64,000 nucleotides of DNA from positions 57,269 to 121,268 of the forward strand of contig CAVTCF010000006.1 of assembly GCA_963733265.1 (NCBI GenBank), read 5' to 3'. Made by a program: the position numbers and the translations under genes. Below the pieces are notes generated by a model. The model worked only from the letters and a program-made list of their open reading frames with translations, searched no databases and was not told where the DNA came from. This document shows, piece by piece, positions 62,084-64,000 of the stretch (its first letter is position 1; every line of letters starts with the position of its first letter). Source of the DNA: an uncultured beta proteobacterium (lineage in GTDB: Bacteria; Pseudomonadota; Gammaproteobacteria; Burkholderiales; Gallionellaceae).

Positions 62084-63604
62084 ATGTATCAATACAGACA
62101 GATCCTGGTGCGTATGCGCCGGGGGGATTCCGACCGGGAAATTGCCCGATCAAAAACCATGGGGCGCAAAAAAATCGCCGATGTTCGTGAGATTGCGAAC
62201 GGGCGCGGCTGGCTTGTCCCCGACAGCGTACTACCTGAAGATACCGTACTGGCATCAGTACTTACACGCAAAGAGGCATTGCCAACAACCTGCATATCGA
62301 CACTGGAACCGTGGCGCAAGCAAATCACCGATTGGCACGCCGCCGGCATTCAGGGGACGACCATCCACGCCGCGCTGGTGCGCAATCACGGCTACACCGG
62401 CAGCACCTCCGCGATGTACCGTTTCATCCAGCAACTCGTCGTCGATGAAGTGCCGGAAGTGCCGATGCGGCTCACGTTCAAACCGGCGGAGGCTGCTCAG
62501 GTGGATTTCGGTGCTGGCCCGCTGATGACCGATGTGCATACTGGTGAGATTTTTAAGACGTGGTTCTTCGTGATGACCTTGTGCTGGTCGCGCCACCAGT
62601 ATGCCGAGTTCGTCCGTGATCAGACCGTAGCCACCTGGCTGGGCTGTCACCGCCGCGCCTTCGAATGGTTCGGTGGAAGCGTCTCTCGCGTGATCATCGA
62701 CAATGCCAAATGCGCGATCACGAGGGCTTGTATATACGAGCCGGAAGTGCAGCGTTCATATGGCGAATGTGCTGAAGGATACAACTTCAAAATCGAACCG
62801 TGTCCGCCCCGGGATCCGCAAAAAAAGGGCATCGTGGAATCGGGCGTGAAATATATCAAAGGCAGTTTTTTACCGCTACGCGACTTTCGTGATCTGGACG
62901 ATGCCAACCGGCAGTTGCAGGATTGGGTAATGACGGAAGCGGGCAACCGCAATCACGGCACCACCCGCGAAGTTCCGTTGAGACAGTTCGCTGAAGTGGA
63001 AAAGAGCCTGCTCACCCCCTTGCCCGATGTGCCGCCACAGCTCGCCATCTGGACCAAGGTCAAGGTTTACCGCGACGCCTATGTTCATTACCAATACAAC
63101 TATTATTCCGTGCCGTTCCGGCTGGTTGGACATGATCTCTGGCTGAAGGACAGCGACACCATGGTGACGTTGTATCAAGAGCATGAAGCCGTCGCCAGCC
63201 ATGTGCGGTCAAAGTTGCGTGGTGAGCGCAAAACGGTGAATGACCATATGCCGCCGGAGGCGCAGGCATGGCAGCTTCAGGATACGAAATGGTGCCTGAT
63301 CCAGGCAGAGCGCATTGGCCCTGCCTGTTTTGCCATGATCCATGCGATGTTCAGCGACGGGGTGCTGATACGCCTGCGAGCAGTTCAGGGAGTACTGCGG
63401 CTCAAGGATAAATACGGCGCAGTCAGGCTGGAGGCTGCCTGCTCGCGGGCCAACCACTATGGCACGCCAGGCTACAAGGTGGCCAAGAGCATTCTGGAAA
63501 AAGGACTCGATCAGCAAACCATGCTGGCAGCCTTTGATGCGCTGGCCAGCACCTATACAGAAGGCGGTCGTTTCTACCGCGATACCCACACCATTATTCA
63601 ATAA
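62084..63604 (+). CDS. istA: IS21-family transposase IstA
   Basis: The start MYQYRQILVRMRRGDSDREIAR (HTH) follows GGAGG. DDE region: AQVDFG, VIIDNAKCA, PRDPQKKGIVE. Confidence 0.9.
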   Translation: MYQYRQILVRMRRGDSDREIARSKTMGRKKIADVREIANGRGWLVPDSVLPEDTVLASVLTRKEALPTTCISTLEPWRKQITDWHAAGIQGTTIHAALVRNHGYTGSTSAMYRFIQQLVVDEVPEVPMRLTFKPAEAAQVDFGAGPLMTDVHTGEIFKTWFFVMTLCWSRHQYAEFVRDQTVATWLGCHRRAFEWFGGSVSRVIIDNAKCAITRACIYEPEVQRSYGECAEGYNFKIEPCPPRDPQKKGIVESGVKYIKGSFLPLRDFRDLDDANRQLQDWVMTEAGNRNHGTTREVPLRQFAEVEKSLLTPLPDVPPQLAIWTKVKVYRDAYVHYQYNYYSVPFRLVGHDLWLKDSDTMVTLYQEHEAVASHVRSKLRGERKTVNDHMPPEAQAWQLQDTKWCLIQAERIGPACFAMIHAMFSDGVLIRLRAVQGVLRLKDKYGAVRLEAACSRANHYGTPGYKVAKSILEKGLDQQTMLAAFDALASTYTEGGRFYRDTHTIIQ

Positions 63605-63612
63605 GGAACATC

Positions 63613-64000
63613 ATGAACCCTATACCAGAACTGAGCACACTGCTTAAACTACTGCGCCTGTCCGGCATCCTCGATTCCCTTGAGGCTCGCAACCGCGAAG
63701 CGATAGACCGCAAACTCTCGCACACCGAATTCCTCAGCCTACTGATCCATGATGAGGTTGCACGGCGCGATCAGAAAAAGTTCGATCAGCGCATGCGCCG
63801 CGCCAACTTCCGCAATCAGAAATCGCTGGATGGATTCGACTTCGACCGCCTGCCCGGCCTCAATCGCGCCGCAGTTCATGACCTCGCTACCTGCCGTTTC
63901 GTCGAAGAGAAAGTCGCCGTGCTCATTGCCGGACACTGCGGCACCGGCAAGAGCCATCTGGCGCAGGCTCTGGGACACGCGGCAGCCCGTCAGGGCTATG
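63613..64000 (+). CDS. istB: IS21-family helper ATPase IstB (5' part, runs off the right edge)
   Basis: The ATG at 63613 gives MNPIPELSTLLKLLRLSGILDSLEARNREAIDRKLSHTEFLSLLIHDEV...LIAGHCGTGKSHLAQALG (Walker A). There is no stop before the edge, so it is absent from the ORF track. Confidence 0.85.
   Translation, partial: MNPIPELSTLLKLLRLSGILDSLEARNREAIDRKLSHTEFLSLLIHDEVARRDQKKFDQRMRRANFRNQKSLDGFDFDRLPGLNRAAVHDLATCRFVEEKVAVLIAGHCGTGKSHLAQALGHAAARQGY

Larger units (their letters stand above)
61864..64000 (+). mobile_element. IS21-family insertion sequence (left end to window edge)
   Basis: It begins with TGTGAATTATCGGCG. Multiple direct copies of TGTCGGCGTwAwGGCGCCAC-type sub-terminal repeats lie at 61920-62000, typical of IS21 ends. 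They are followed by istA and istB. Confidence 0.8.

Noticed and set aside
1-64000. CRISPR arrays, rRNA genes, retron or DGR reverse transcriptases, CBASS- or Thoeris-type genes.
   Set aside because: Reading the window by eye, I found no regularly spaced 25-40-nt direct repeats, no rRNA-like sequence, no RT (YxDD) ORF and no cyclase or TIR/SIR2-like ORF. A computational repeat scan would be needed for certainty.

Overview
This window reads as an accessory, IS-riddled stretch of a moderate-GC Gram-negative (proteobacterial-looking) chromosome. All domain and family names are from memory, because no searches were possible.

Layout, left to right:
- **Island boundary (1-5.3 kb).** A truncated HTH gene and one orphan ORF are followed by a ~1.25-kb G+C-rich, ORF-poor, hairpin-dense block. 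Next comes a 45-nt 3' fragment of tRNA-Arg(ACG) with its own terminator, which looks like an island att remnant. After it lie a decayed DUF6883/DUF4926 pair, a NYN-domain gene and two tyrosine-recombinase genes, one of them truncated.
- **Mixed accessory genes (6.4-13.9 kb).** A DUF4143 AAA+ ATPase, an iteron-like TTAGTAA/TTACTAA cluster, an HU gene, an IS1182-family element with perfect 22-bp inverted repeats, an IS110-family element, and a FecR/OmpA pair divergent from an HD-GYP gene.
- **Main item (14.2-36.4 kb).** A sigma-54 activator whose N-terminus looks like the RtcR CARF domain sits directly upstream of a near-consensus sigma-54 promoter. Behind that promoter is a tightly packed nine-gene, ~20.6-kb same-strand array: DUF4145-HsdR, RmuC, HsdM, HsdS, a DUF3696-type ABC ATPase with an unknown 291-aa partner, a 1177-aa orphan, and a 2096-aa DEAH helicase/DUF1998 protein. 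The last two look like Druantia type III.
- **Surface/toxin operon (38.0-49.7 kb, minus strand).** After an rve-type IS: a small exosortase (XrtH-like), a membrane protein, an IPTL-CTERM LRR surface protein, a secreted protein, a 1048-aa transglutaminase-like protein with Cys->Asp at the catalytic position, a 1562-aa Rhs toxin and a small lipoprotein that is a candidate immunity protein.
- **Right end (50-64 kb).** An IS1111-type IS110-family element, then an AT-rich block of orphan genes that includes an extra IHF-beta-like gene, a novel repeated ~55-aa module and paralogous membrane proteins. This is followed by a truncated FimB-type recombinase, a decayed second type I RM locus (hsdM/hsdS remnants), and an IS21 element (istA, and istB running off the edge).

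No CRISPR array, rRNA gene or intact tRNA gene was seen.
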